A DNA stretch of 62,434 bases, filler included, from an uncultured bacterium (lineage in GTDB: Bacteria > DAOPZR01): the NCBI GenBank assembly GCA_964637655.1. It is 11 parts of 11 records of this genome, joined end to end, with 100 filler letters (N's around TTAATTAATTAA, not from the genome) between each part and the next. Parts side by side here need not be neighbours in the genome. Positions count along the whole stretch, not along the records: positions 34,571 to 40,090 come from CAZWUZ010000253.1; positions 40,191 to 45,693 come from CAZWUZ010000254.1; positions 45,794 to 51,285 come from CAZWUZ010000255.1; 8 more parts are not named here. The stretch is one strand, 5' to 3'. Of this stretch, positions 38,069 through 48,076 are shown in pieces. Within the stretch, counting starts at the first letter, position 1. Each line of letters begins with the position of its first letter. The notes beneath the pieces are model-generated. The model was not told the DNA's origin. It ran no database searches and saw only the letters and a list, made by a program, of their open reading frames with translations. The position numbers and the translations under genes were made by a program.

Positions 38069-38908
38069 GTGAAAACCGCCGAGCGGCTGATGCCGCTGCT
38101 GGCGCGCAGCGCCACCTGCGTCGTGCTCGCCGCACTCGCCGCACTGGTCTTCGTCATCCTGCAGCGCGGGCTGCCGGCGCTGTCGTGGGAGATGCTGAGC
38201 ACGCCGCCGTCCGCGGACTTCTTCCTTGGCGGCAGCGGCGGCATCCTCAATGCGATTACCGGTTCGCTGCTGATGGCGGGCGCCGCCACGGTGCTCGCGG
38301 TGCTGCTCGGGCTCCCCGTCGCGCTGCTGCTGCAGCGCGGCCTGCTGCAGCCGCGCACCGCGTCATTCTGCCGCCTCGCGTTCGACATCCTGCAGGGGAT
38401 CCCCTCCATCGTCTATGGCGTCTTCGGTTTTACCATCCTGCTCATCTGCGGCCTGCGCGCGTCGCTGCTGGGCGGGGCGCTGACATTGACGTTGCTCGAA
38501 TTACCGCTCGTCATCCGCGCCTTTGACGAAGCGCTGCGCGGCGTGCCCTCCGCGCTCACTGCCGCCGCGCGCGCCGCGGGTGCCACCCGCCTGCAGGCGC
38601 TGCTGTCGGTCGGCTGCCGGCAGGCGCTCCCCGGTCTCGCCGCGGGTGCCATTCTCGCCTTCGGGCGCGGCATCGGTGACGCCGCGTCGGTGCTGTTTAC
38701 CGCCGGCTTTTCCGCCGCGGTGCCGCTCGCCCCGGGTGACCCGGCCGCGACCCTCCCGGTGGCGGTCTTCACGCTCGTCAACAGCCATATCCCGCGCGTG
38801 CAGGAGCGCGCCTACGCCGCGGCGCTCGTGCTGCTCGTCATCGTGCTGCTGCTGAGCATCATCACCCGCGCGGCCGCGCGTTATCTCGGCCGGTACCGCA
38901 TCCCATAG
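38069..38908 (+). CDS. pstA: Phosphate ABC transporter permease
   Basis: GGILNAITGS, GIPSIVYG, GR.IGDAA; GTG start. Confidence 0.9.
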   Translation: MKTAERLMPLLARSATCVVLAALAALVFVILQRGLPALSWEMLSTPPSADFFLGGSGGILNAITGSLLMAGAATVLAVLLGLPVALLLQRGLLQPRTASFCRLAFDILQGIPSIVYGVFGFTILLICGLRASLLGGALTLTLLELPLVIRAFDEALRGVPSALTAAARAAGATRLQALLSVGCRQALPGLAAGAILAFGRGIGDAASVLFTAGFSAAVPLAPGDPAATLPVAVFTLVNSHIPRVQERAYAAALVLLVIVLLLSIITRAAARYLGRYRIP

Positions 38909-38916
38909 GAGCCAGC

Positions 38917-39777
38917 ATGGAAAACCCGCACCTCGTCGTCGAGAATCTCACGGTCAGCCACGACGCCACCACCATCCTGCGCGCTGTGTCATTCGCCGTC
39001 CCGCGCCGGCAGATCACCTGCATCATCGGCCCCTCGGGATGCGGCAAGAGCACGCTGCTCAAGTCGTTCAACCGCCTGCACGACCTCGAACCGGGCATGC
39101 GCCTGACCGGCCGCATCCTCGATGGTGACCGTGACCTGCTCGCCGCGGACGTCGATACCGATGTCCTGCGCCGCCGCATGGGGCTGTTGCAGCAGCGCCC
39201 GGTGGTCCTCCCGATGTCGATCTATGAAAATGTCGTGTACGGACCGAAGATGCACGGGCTTGATGCCGCCGCGCTGCACGCACAGCTGCAGACCGCTCTC
39301 GCCCATTATTCGCCTGACGGTTTCGCCGCCCGCCTCGCGTCGTCAGCAACGCCCGCGTCACTGCGCGACCTGCTGGCAGAATACTACCTTACCCTCGCGG
39401 GCCTGTGGGATGAGGTGCATGACCGCCTCACCGCCCCCGCGGCGCAGCTGTCGGTCGGGCAGCAGCAGCGCCTCTGCCTCGCCCGCGGTTTGGCGGTTGA
39501 GCCGGAACTGATCCTTGCGGACGAGCCGACCTCCGCGCTCGACCCCCCCTCCGCGCAGCGCATCGAGGACCGCCTGCTGGCGCTCAAGGAGCATTACACC
39601 ACCGTCGTGGTGACGCACACCCGCGCCCAGGCCAAGCGTCTCGCGGACTACGTGGTATTCATCTATCTCGGGGAGGTCATCGAGCACGGCCCCGCGGCGC
39701 AGGTCTTCGCCTCCCCGCGCGACCCGCGCACCGCCACCTACCTCGCCGGCCGGTTCATCCGTGCAGCGGATTCTTGA
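38917..39777 (+). CDS. pstB: Phosphate ABC transporter ATPase
   Basis: GPSGCGKST..FNRL, SIYENV.YG, LSVGQQQRL, DEPTSALDP. Confidence 0.92.
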   Translation: MENPHLVVENLTVSHDATTILRAVSFAVPRRQITCIIGPSGCGKSTLLKSFNRLHDLEPGMRLTGRILDGDRDLLAADVDTDVLRRRMGLLQQRPVVLPMSIYENVVYGPKMHGLDAAALHAQLQTALAHYSPDGFAARLASSATPASLRDLLAEYYLTLAGLWDEVHDRLTAPAAQLSVGQQQRLCLARGLAVEPELILADEPTSALDPPSAQRIEDRLLALKEHYTTVVVTHTRAQAKRLADYVVFIYLGEVIEHGPAAQVFASPRDPRTATYLAGRFIRAADS

Positions 39778-39820
39778 CACCGTCCCACTGCTGATGTAGC
39801 GTCTCATCGAGGGATATGCG

Positions 39821-40090
39821 TTGAACATACTGCTGGTTTCACTCAACCCCTGCGGATACACTTTTCACCTGGGCGTCGCGGCGTTACAGGCCGTCCTCGA
39901 TCAGGATGGACATCGTGTCGAAACACTCTTCCTGTCGCACTGTGACCACCACGCCATTGACCATGCCGTGGCTGCGGCCGCCGCTGCCGTCATCGGCATC
40001 TCTGTTAGCACGGATGCATTCCCGCTCGCCCGCGCCGTTATCAACTATGTGCATCACCGTCATGCACTGCCCGTCATCCTCGGTGGCATC
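39821..40090 (+). CDS. B12-binding domain, probable radical SAM N-terminus (truncated)
   Basis: LGVAALQAVL..GH.V, VIGIS, VILGGI. Confidence 0.7.
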
Positions 40091-40190
40091 NNNNNNNNNN
40101 NNNNNNNNNNNNNNNNNNNNNNNNNNNNNNNNNNTTAATTAATTAANNNNNNNNNNNNNNNNNNNNNNNNNNNNNNNNNNNNNNNNNNNN

Positions 40191-40573
40191 AAGGCGAGGC
40201 CGGCGACCAGCTGCCCGGGCCGCGAGATGCCGGCCTGCGCGGCGCAGAGCGCGGCACCGGCGGCGGCGCGGAAGAGATGCATGACGGCGATGACATTGAA
40301 ACCGGTGGCGCCGGGCGCGAGCAGGCGCAGCAGGTGCGGTGGATAGAGTACCGCCGATTGAAAATTGGCCAGGCAGGGCGCCCCGGCCAGGATATACGGA
40401 TTCCATAGCGGCAGCTCACCGGCGCGCAGGCGCTCGCCGGCATAGACGTGCTGGGCGAAGAAATAACTGACGTCGGGGGCGTTGCTGCCGATGACTGCGC
40501 CCGGCGGGGCCTGCAGCACAGGCAGGGTGATGGCAATGGTAGCAAGCGCCAGCACCAGCAGCACGATGCGCAT
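40191..40573 (-). CDS. YfhO-like (GT-C) membrane protein, N-terminal part
   Basis: GELPLWNPY...G.P..AN.Q...LYP. Confidence 0.75.
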
Positions 40574-40706
40574 AATGGTCCTTTCCGCCTGTTCTGCCCG
40601 GAGGAGGCATGATACCTGCCGTGCCGCAGGCATGTCAACGACCACCATCAGGCCCGGCGGCAGCGCGGGCTTGATTTTCCGACAGACGCGTGTTAGATAC
40701 CGTGGT

Positions 40707-42071
40707 ATGGATCAGGCGCACCGGCAGCCGCCGGAACAATTATCCCCGTACCGGTGGACGCTCCCGGCGGCCGTGCTGCTGCTGGCGGCGGCGCTGCGGC
40801 TGGTCAACCTCGACTGCGTCGAGTTCAAGAATGACGAGGCGTACAACCTGCTGCTGGCGCTCGAGTGGGTCGACGGGGGCGCGCTGCCGCTCGTCGGTGA
40901 TGCCTCCTCCATCGGTACGCACAACCCGCCGCTCTTCGTCTGGCTGCTGGCGCTGCCGCTGCTGGTCACGCGCGACCCGGCACTGGTGACCGGGTTCATC
41001 GCGCTGCTCAATGTGGGGGCGGTCGGGCTGTTCTGGCGCTTCGGCTGCCGCTGGTTCGGTCCTGCCGCCGGGACGGTCGCCGCGCTCTGGCTGGCGGTCA
41101 ATCCCTGGGCGGTATTCTACGCGCGCAAGATCTGGATGCCCGACGTGCTCGCCTGTTTCACCCTCGCGCTCTTCTACCTGCTGTACCGCGTCGCGGTCGA
41201 TGGCCAGCGGCGGCTGGCGCCGGCGGTGTTGCTGCTGCTGGCCGCGGTCATGCTGCTCTACCCGCCGACGGTGTTCTTCACGCTGGTGGTGGCGGCCGGG
41301 TTCCTGCTTGCCGTGCCGCGCCCGCGCTGGCGCGACCTGCTGGCGGGGGCGCTGCTCGCCGGCCTGCTCGCGCTGCCGTATGTCTGGCATGACTGGCAGC
41401 ACGACTGGAGCAATCTGCGGCAGTACCGGCGGGCGGCGGCGCTCCCGGTACAGGTGCAGCCGGTGGCGCTGCGCCTGCCGCTGCTGATGACCACCACCTT
41501 CGAGTTCTGGCCCGGGCGCGCGGCGTACGGGACTGCATGGGCCGCGCTCGACGGTGCCGTGCTGCTGGTGGTGGCGGCCGGCCTGCTGCATCTCGTCCGG
41601 CGCTGGCGCGACCGCCGCGCGGCGCTGCTGCTGTTCTGGCTGCTGGTGCCGATGCTCTTCCTGCTGTTCCACCGCGCGCCGCTGCAGCGCCGCTACTTTG
41701 TCGCGTTGCTCCCCGCGGCCGGGCTGGTCTTCGGTATCGGCTGCGCGGCAGTGGCGGCGCGCTACGGCGGCGGGCGGCGCCNNNNNNNNNNGGTGCTGCC
41801 GCTGCTGGTGACGCTGCTGCTGCTGCCGCAGGCGTGGCGCAGCGCGCAGTTTGTCACGACGGGGATTACCGTGCCGCATCTGGCCTGGCTCGACTACGGG
41901 CCGCCGCTGGCGCACCGCCTGGCCGAGGTGCGCGCGCTGGCGACGGGTGACGTGGTCACCGCCGGGCGGGTGCATGGTGAAATCATCGCGCGGCACCGGG
42001 GCGAACGCAAATACGACGTCTATGCGACCCGGTACCTGCTGGAACAGGTGGTGTGGCGTGAAAACCGCTGA
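40707..42071 (+). CDS. ArnT/PMT-like GT-C glycosyltransferase (10-N gap at 41782-41791)
   Basis: ALRLVNL...F..DE, NPPLF.WL, many TM helices. Confidence 0.78.
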   Translation: MDQAHRQPPEQLSPYRWTLPAAVLLLAAALRLVNLDCVEFKNDEAYNLLLALEWVDGGALPLVGDASSIGTHNPPLFVWLLALPLLVTRDPALVTGFIALLNVGAVGLFWRFGCRWFGPAAGTVAALWLAVNPWAVFYARKIWMPDVLACFTLALFYLLYRVAVDGQRRLAPAVLLLLAAVMLLYPPTVFFTLVVAAGFLLAVPRPRWRDLLAGALLAGLLALPYVWHDWQHDWSNLRQYRRAAALPVQVQPVALRLPLLMTTTFEFWPGRAAYGTAWAALDGAVLLVVAAGLLHLVRRWRDRRAALLLFWLLVPMLFLLFHRAPLQRRYFVALLPAAGLVFGIGCAAVAARYGGGRRXXXXVLPLLVTLLLLPQAWRSAQFVTTGITVPHLAWLDYGPPLAHRLAEVRALATGDVVTAGRVHGEIIARHRGERKYDVYATRYLLEQVVWRENR

Positions 42072-42918
42072 CGCTTACCCGGCCGGCGGCCGGCTTACGG
42101 TCGTGCCGACCCCCATCGGCAATCTCGACGACATCACCCTGCGCGCGCTGCAGGTGCTGCGGGCGTGCGACCGCATCGCCGCGGAGGATACGCGGCACAC
42201 GGCGAAACTGCTGGCGCGGCACGGTATCGACAAGCCGCTGCTGGTCTGCGAGGCGCATCGCGAAACGCAGGCCGCCGACACCATCGTCCGCCGCCTGCGC
42301 GCGGGGGAGCATATCGCGCTGGTTACCGACGGGGGAATGCCCGGCATCTCCGACCCGGGCTACCGCGTCATCGCGCGGCTGATTACGGAGCAGCTGCCGT
42401 TCACCGTGCTGCCGGGCCCGTCGGCCGTCGCGCCGGCGCTGCTGCTGTCGGGCCTGCCGTCGGACCGGTTCTGCTTCCTCGGGTTTCTGCCGCGCAAGGG
42501 GCGGGAGCGCGCGGCGCTGCTCGCGCGCATCGCGGCGGCGGAGGAAACCTGCGTCATCTACGAATCCCCCGAACGTATCGCGGCGACGGTGGCGGAATTC
42601 GGCCGCCTGTTTGCCGGGCGGCAGGGCGCGGTGGTGCGCGAGATTTCCAAGCTGCACGAGGAGGCGGTGCGTTTTACCTGCGGTGACAATGTGGCGCTGC
42701 GCGCGCAGGGGGAATGCGTGCTGCTCATCGGGCCGCGGCTGCCGGTGGTGCCGATGGCCGATGCGCGGCCGCTGACGGAACAGGTGGCGGAATACGAGCG
42801 GCTGGGCTTCACGCGACGCGATGCGCTCAAGGCGGTGGCCGCGGCGCGCGGCATGAAAAAGTCGGAACTCTACCGGGAGGTGCATGGCGATGCGGATCAC
42901 GGCAGCAGCGACGACTGA
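42058..42918 (+). CDS. rsmI: 16S rRNA C1402 2'-O-methyltransferase
   Basis: PTPIGNLDDITLRA, AEDTR, DGGMPGISDPG, PGPSA, YESP.R, REISKLHEE. Confidence 0.95.
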   Translation: MKTADAYPAGGRLTVVPTPIGNLDDITLRALQVLRACDRIAAEDTRHTAKLLARHGIDKPLLVCEAHRETQAADTIVRRLRAGEHIALVTDGGMPGISDPGYRVIARLITEQLPFTVLPGPSAVAPALLLSGLPSDRFCFLGFLPRKGRERAALLARIAAAEETCVIYESPERIAATVAEFGRLFAGRQGAVVREISKLHEEAVRFTCGDNVALRAQGECVLLIGPRLPVVPMADARPLTEQVAEYERLGFTRRDALKAVAAARGMKKSELYREVHGDADHGSSDD

Positions 42919-43468
42919 TCCGCGCGAACTCGCGGCCTTCCTGCGCGGCGGGGGCATCGCGGCGGTTCCCACCGACACGGTGTACGGGTTCATCGCGGCG
43001 GCGCACCGTGCTGATGCGGCGCAGCGCATCTACGAACTCAAGGGGCGGCCGGAAGAGAAGAAACTGATCCTGCTGGCGGCCGACCGGCACGTGGTGGAGA
43101 ACCACGCGACCGTTCCTGCCGCGGGACAGGCATGGGCGGCACGGCACTGGCCCGGGCCGCTGACGCTTATTTTGCGGTCACACGCGGGTGCGGCGCTCGG
43201 CTACCGGGTGCCGGCGCACGACTGGCTGCGCGAACTGTTGCAGGCCTTCGGCACGCCCGTGGTCTCGACCAGCGCCAACCGCAGCGGTCAGCCCCCGGCG
43301 ACGGCCGCCGCGGCGGTGCGCAGCGCGTTCGCCGGCGAGGATCTCTGGCTGGTCGACGGCGGCCCGGCTCCCGGCGGCGTCCCCTCGACCATCATCGACT
43401 GTACGGTGGACCCGCCGCGCCTGCTGCGCGACGGCCCGCTGCGGGTGCTGCCGGGCGGGAAAAAGTAA
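42884..43468 (+). CDS. tsaC: L-threonylcarbamoyladenylate synthase
   Basis: PTDTVYG, IYELKGR, WPGPLT, STSANRSG, PSTII. Confidence 0.93.
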   Translation: MAMRITAAATTDPRELAAFLRGGGIAAVPTDTVYGFIAAAHRADAAQRIYELKGRPEEKKLILLAADRHVVENHATVPAAGQAWAARHWPGPLTLILRSHAGAALGYRVPAHDWLRELLQAFGTPVVSTSANRSGQPPATAAAAVRSAFAGEDLWLVDGGPAPGGVPSTIIDCTVDPPRLLRDGPLRVLPGGKK

Positions 43469-43522
43469 AAAACCGGCCGCCGCCGCCCGTGAGGGCGGAC
43501 AGCTGGCCGGCGCGGTTCGAAC

Positions 43523-43636
43523 TTACCAGGGCAGGTGCAGGAACATCCGCCCGATGATAATCAGGAACAGCAGGCCGAGCGCGCAGAGGGCGAGCGCGAC
43601 AAACAGGTCGCGACCCGGGCGGCGCGGCTGATCCAT
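43523..43636 (-). CDS. 37-aa single-TM small protein
   Basis: TGATG-coupled to the upstream gene: MDQPRRPGRDLFVALALCALGLLFLIIIGRMFLHLPW. Confidence 0.6.
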   Translation of the reverse strand: MDQPRRPGRDLFVALALCALGLLFLIIIGRMFLHLPW

Positions 43637-45087
43637 CAGAAAATGTAGACCCGCGTGCCGACGTCCGCGAGGTGATAGAGCGCCTCGAGGTCGGTGCCGC
43701 CGACGCGGATGCAGCCGTGGGTCGCCTTGCGGCCGAGCGATGCCTCGTCGTTGGTCCCGTGGATGGCGTAGCCGTGCCCGAGGTCCATCATGAACTTGCC
43801 CATGACGCCGGGAATGCCGCGCCAGCGCTCCGGACCGGTCGGCACCGCCTGCCCGCGTTCCGCCCACGCCCAGGCCGGCCGGTACCAGAGCGGGTCGCGC
43901 TTCTTGCTCAGCACGGAGAATTCGCCGCGCGGGGTGCGGAAGAAATAGCCGGCGACGCGGCGGTCCATCCCGGTGGCGACGGTGCATTCGCGCAGGACGC
44001 GACGGTCGCGCACCAGCCAGAGCTTGTTGGCGTCACAATCGATGGCGATGAGGTATTCGTTTTCCAGCTGCGGCACCTGCGCCAGGACAGCGGCGGCAGG
44101 GTCGGTGGCCGGGGCCGGTGTTTCGGCCGCCGCTGCCAGGCGGTTGCGCAGGTCGCGTTGCGCGCGGTTGACCGCCTGCTGCATGCTGCGGGTCCGTTCC
44201 AGCGTGCGGCACTCGTTGAGGAACTGCGCGTCATCCGCGCTGCCGACCAGGGCGAGCAGTTCATAGCCGCGCGTGCGCTCGGCGCGCTCGACCGAGGTGG
44301 CCATCGCGCGCGCCTGCGGCTGCGCGAATGCCGCCAGCTGCTGCAGCGCGGCCTGCGCCCCGCTGCGCACCTGACGGTCACGGTCGTGCAGCAGCGGAAC
44401 CAGCGCCTCGGCCACCGCGCGGTCGCGCCAGGCGGGAGCGTACTGCACCGCGGTGCGGCGCACGGCCGCATGCTCGTCGGCCAGCAGGCGCAGCAGGTCG
44501 GCCTGCGTGGTGCCGTCCACGGCCATGCCGGCCAGCAGTTTCATCCCGAGGGTGCGCTGCGCCGCGACGGCGGAGGCGAGCAGGTGGTCGCGCAGGTAGG
44601 TGACGCCGTCGCTGCCGAACCCGGCCAGCGCCAGTCCCGCCCGTTCCTGTACCCAGGGGTCCTTGTCGCTGCGCAGCACCTCGATCAGCGCCGGCAGTGA
44701 CGCCGCACTGCCCAGGTCGCCCAGCTGGGTTGCCGCCTCGGCCCGCACCAGCCAGTGCTCGTCAGTGAGCAGCGACTGCAGTACGGGGACGGATGCCTCG
44801 CCGAGTTTGCCGAGCGCCAGCACCGCCTCGTGGCGGATGATGACATAGGAATCGTGGCGGGCGGTATGTTCGAGAAATTCGAGGGTGGCACTGCGTGCGA
44901 ATGAGGCGGGCCCGGCGGCCGGCACATGCTGCACCGTGGCCAGCGTGAGTTCACCGCTGCCGGGGTCGGCGGCGGCGCTGCCCGCTTCCCGGTCGCCGGC
45001 CAGCAGGCGATGCACCTGCACGAGGAGCAGACCGGTCGATACCGCGGCGGTAAGCGCCACGGCGGTCCTGACACGTCGGGAATTCAT
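43636..45087 (-). CDS. HEAT-repeat + L,D-transpeptidase (YkuD) protein
   Basis: N-terminal anchor, HEAT repeats (VRAEAATQLG), TPRGEF, K..DP.W, YAIHGT...G...THGCIR. Confidence 0.85.
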   Translation of the reverse strand: MNSRRVRTAVALTAAVSTGLLLVQVHRLLAGDREAGSAAADPGSGELTLATVQHVPAAGPASFARSATLEFLEHTARHDSYVIIRHEAVLALGKLGEASVPVLQSLLTDEHWLVRAEAATQLGDLGSAASLPALIEVLRSDKDPWVQERAGLALAGFGSDGVTYLRDHLLASAVAAQRTLGMKLLAGMAVDGTTQADLLRLLADEHAAVRRTAVQYAPAWRDRAVAEALVPLLHDRDRQVRSGAQAALQQLAAFAQPQARAMATSVERAERTRGYELLALVGSADDAQFLNECRTLERTRSMQQAVNRAQRDLRNRLAAAAETPAPATDPAAAVLAQVPQLENEYLIAIDCDANKLWLVRDRRVLRECTVATGMDRRVAGYFFRTPRGEFSVLSKKRDPLWYRPAWAWAERGQAVPTGPERWRGIPGVMGKFMMDLGHGYAIHGTNDEASLGRKATHGCIRVGGTDLEALYHLADVGTRVYIF

Positions 45088-45195
45088 GCACGCACCTCAT
45101 CCGTGAGTTGTGCGGGACAGCGATACGTCTTCCCACTAGCACGACTATCGGCATATCTGCTATAAACTTGAACTGGATACAAAAACACATAGGGT

Positions 45196-45224
45196 TTGAC
45201 ATACAGACGGGAAACTGATATAAT
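45196..45224 (+). promoter_or_regulatory. Perfect sigma70 promoter of fba
   Basis: TTGACA-17-TATAAT. Confidence 0.8.
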
Positions 45225-45262
45225 TGATAGTCGCTTACTAACGGGGCAAAGGAGAGAGTGCC

Positions 45263-45693
45263 ATGGCATTCATCAACAGCAGGGAGATGTTCAAAAAGGC
45301 GTATGCCGGCGGCTACGCGGTCGGCGCGTTCAATGTCAACAACATGGAGATTATCCAGGGGATCACCGAGGCGTTGACCGAGGCCAAGGCGCCCGTCCTG
45401 CTGCAGGTCTCGGCGGGCGCGCGCAAGTACGCGCGGCATGAGTATCTCGTCCACCTCATCCAGGCGGCGATGGAAAGCACCGGGGCGGACATCGTCCTGC
45501 ATCTCGACCATGGCGACAGTTTCGAGCAGTGCAAGTCGTGCATCGACGGCGGCTTTACCTCGGTGATGATCGACGGCAGCAAGCACCCGTTCGAAAAGAA
45601 TATCGAGATCACGAAGCAGGTGGTCGAGTACGCGCACAGCAAGGGCGTGCCGGTCGAGGCGGAACTGGGCAAGCTGGCGGGGGTCGAGGACGA
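45263..45693 (+). CDS. fba: Class II fructose-bisphosphate aldolase (truncated)
   Basis: YAVGAFNVNN, LHLDHG, FTSVMIDGS, VEAELG. Confidence 0.95.
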
Positions 45694-45793
45694 NNNNNNN
45701 NNNNNNNNNNNNNNNNNNNNNNNNNNNNNNNNNNNNNTTAATTAATTAANNNNNNNNNNNNNNNNNNNNNNNNNNNNNNNNNNNNNNNNNNNN

Positions 45794-47172
45794 TCATGTC
45801 GCATTGCGCCCCCGCGGCGCTTCCTGACAACCCGCTCGCCCTGCAGGCGGCGCAGGTCATCATCCTCGGCGACCTCGCCTACGACGAGATGCCGCCCGCC
45901 ACGCGCGCGGCGCTCCTGGGCTGGGTGGCGGACGGCGGCATGCTCATCGTGCGCGGCGGCGACAACGCGGAGGAACTCAACACCTCGTGGCTGGCGCCCT
46001 ACCTGCCGCAGCGGGGCCTGACGGTCATTCTTACCGACTCTGCGCTACCCGGCGCACCGGCTTCCACCCCCTACCCGCTGCTCGGTCTTGAGGTCAGCCG
46101 CGCTCTTGGCTCGCCTGCACACATTGTCACTGCTGCTGACGGCACCCGCCTCTGCCTGTCTGTCGATGCCAGTCACGGCAAGGGACGCATCCGCCTGCTC
46201 GCTTTCGATCCCGCCCTCGAGCCCTTCCGCTCGTCGCCCGATTGCGCCGGCCTGGTGCTCGACCGCCTGCCGCTCGAGCAGCACACCCTGATGCAGCGGT
46301 GGCAGATGAACTACCAGGAAGAACAGACGCTGCTCCAGCGCATCTCCTCCGCGGCCAACATCAAACCCCCGCCGCTTTTCCTCCTCGGCATCATCCTGTT
46401 CCTCTACCTGATCATTGTCGCCCCGCTCAATTTTTTCATCCTCGGGCGCGTGCAGCGGCGTGAACTGGCCTGGCTCACCATCCCGGTCATCGTCGCCGCC
46501 TTCAGCATCCTGATGTACGGGGTCGGACGCTTCAGCATGGGCGGCAGCACCATCTACCGCGAGGTGCGCGTCACCCGCGCCGACTGCACGCACCGCACGG
46601 CGGTCACGCAGGCGGTGGCAGGCATCTTCTCCAGCAGCAGCGACGACTTCCTGCTGCGCCTCCCCGCCGGCACGCTGCATGCCGCGTTCCCGGCCGAGAA
46701 CCCGCACGGGCACGGCAGCCGGGAGGAGGTCCTGACGGTCAGCGGCGTTCCGCCCGAGGAGGGCGGTCCCTTCCCCATCAACCAGTGGTCATGGCAGCAT
46801 GTGGTTGTGCAGAGCCAGACCACGCCCGACTGGCAGGTCACCTTCAACCCGTCCGCACGCACCCTCACCGTCGAGGGCGAACTCGACCTGTCAAACGGCG
46901 TCGTGCGGCTGGGCACTGCCCTCTACGGCCTTACCGCGGCAGGTGCGGACACCTGGCGGCTGACCCGGCAACCCGATTCCCCCTATGGCCGGTTTGCCGA
47001 ATTCGGCGCCCTGCTCGGGCTGGGCGATACCGATCAGCGGCCGCGACTGTTCCTGCGTCGGGACGAGGCGGAGCCGTCCATCGGCGACAACCATGCGCGC
47101 GACCGCAGCGCGACGGAACTGCTGGTCATCATCCCCGAGGTCAGCGGAGGCGACGATGCTGCGGCTGACTGA
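45794..47172 (+). CDS. Membrane protein with a glutamine-amidotransferase-like domain (5' truncated)
   Basis: AL..WV..GG.LIV.GG, G.GRI, YL..V.P.N...L....RRELAW.TIP. Confidence 0.65.
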
Positions 47173-48076
47173 GGTGACCAAGCGCTACGGCGGCCTGGTG
47201 GCGGTGAACAACCTCACCCTGCACATCCCCGCCGGGGTCATCGTCGGTTTCGTCGGTCCCAACGGCGCGGGCAAGACAACGACCATGCGCATGGCGGCAA
47301 CGCTGCTCGAACCCGACGCGGGGACCATCACGGTCGGCGGCTACGACCTGCGCACGCAGCGGCGCGAGGCGCGGCGCTGCCTCGGCTTCATGCCCGACGT
47401 CATCGGCATCTACGACGACCTCAAGGTGTGGGAATACCTCGATTTCTTCGCCGCCGCCTACCGCATCCCGCGCGCACAGCGGCGGCGGCTCATCGACGAG
47501 GTGCTGGCGCTCACCGACCTCGAGATCAAGCGCGACGCCTTCGTCAACGCGCTGTCGCGCGGCATGCAGCAGCGCCTCTGCCTCGCCAAGACGCTCATCC
47601 ACGACCCGCAGCTGCTGCTGCTCGACGAACCCGCCTCGGGGCTCGACCCGCGCGCGCGCATCGAGCTGCGCGAGCTGCTCAAGGAACTGAAGCGGATGGG
47701 CAAGACCATCCTCGTCTCCTCGCACATCCTCACCGAACTGGCGGAACTCTGCGACCACCTCGCCATCATCGAGCGCGGTGCCCTGGTAACTTCCGGGAGC
47801 GTGCGCGACATCCTGCACGAGATGCAGCCGCGCCCGCGGTTCCGTATCGAGACAGGGGGCGACCTCGTGCTGCTGCGCGGCTTCATTGACGACAGCGCCT
47901 ACACCGTCTGCGACGAGAACGGCACCTGCCTGACGGTCGAGGGTCCCGAGGACGACGACGGCAGCGCCCTGCTGCGTTCCCTGGTCGCCGCCGGCATCTC
48001 CGTGACCCAGTTTTCCCGCTGCGAGGCGGGGGTGGAGGGGATCTTCATGCGCCTGACAAAGGGCGACGTTGCATGA
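47156..48076 (+). CDS. ABC transporter ATP-binding protein
   Basis: GPNGAGKTT, LSRGMQQRL, LDEPASGLDP, SSH. Confidence 0.95.
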   Translation: MLRLTEVTKRYGGLVAVNNLTLHIPAGVIVGFVGPNGAGKTTTMRMAATLLEPDAGTITVGGYDLRTQRREARRCLGFMPDVIGIYDDLKVWEYLDFFAAAYRIPRAQRRRLIDEVLALTDLEIKRDAFVNALSRGMQQRLCLAKTLIHDPQLLLLDEPASGLDPRARIELRELLKELKRMGKTILVSSHILTELAELCDHLAIIERGALVTSGSVRDILHEMQPRPRFRIETGGDLVLLRGFIDDSAYTVCDENGTCLTVEGPEDDDGSALLRSLVAAGISVTQFSRCEAGVEGIFMRLTKGDVA

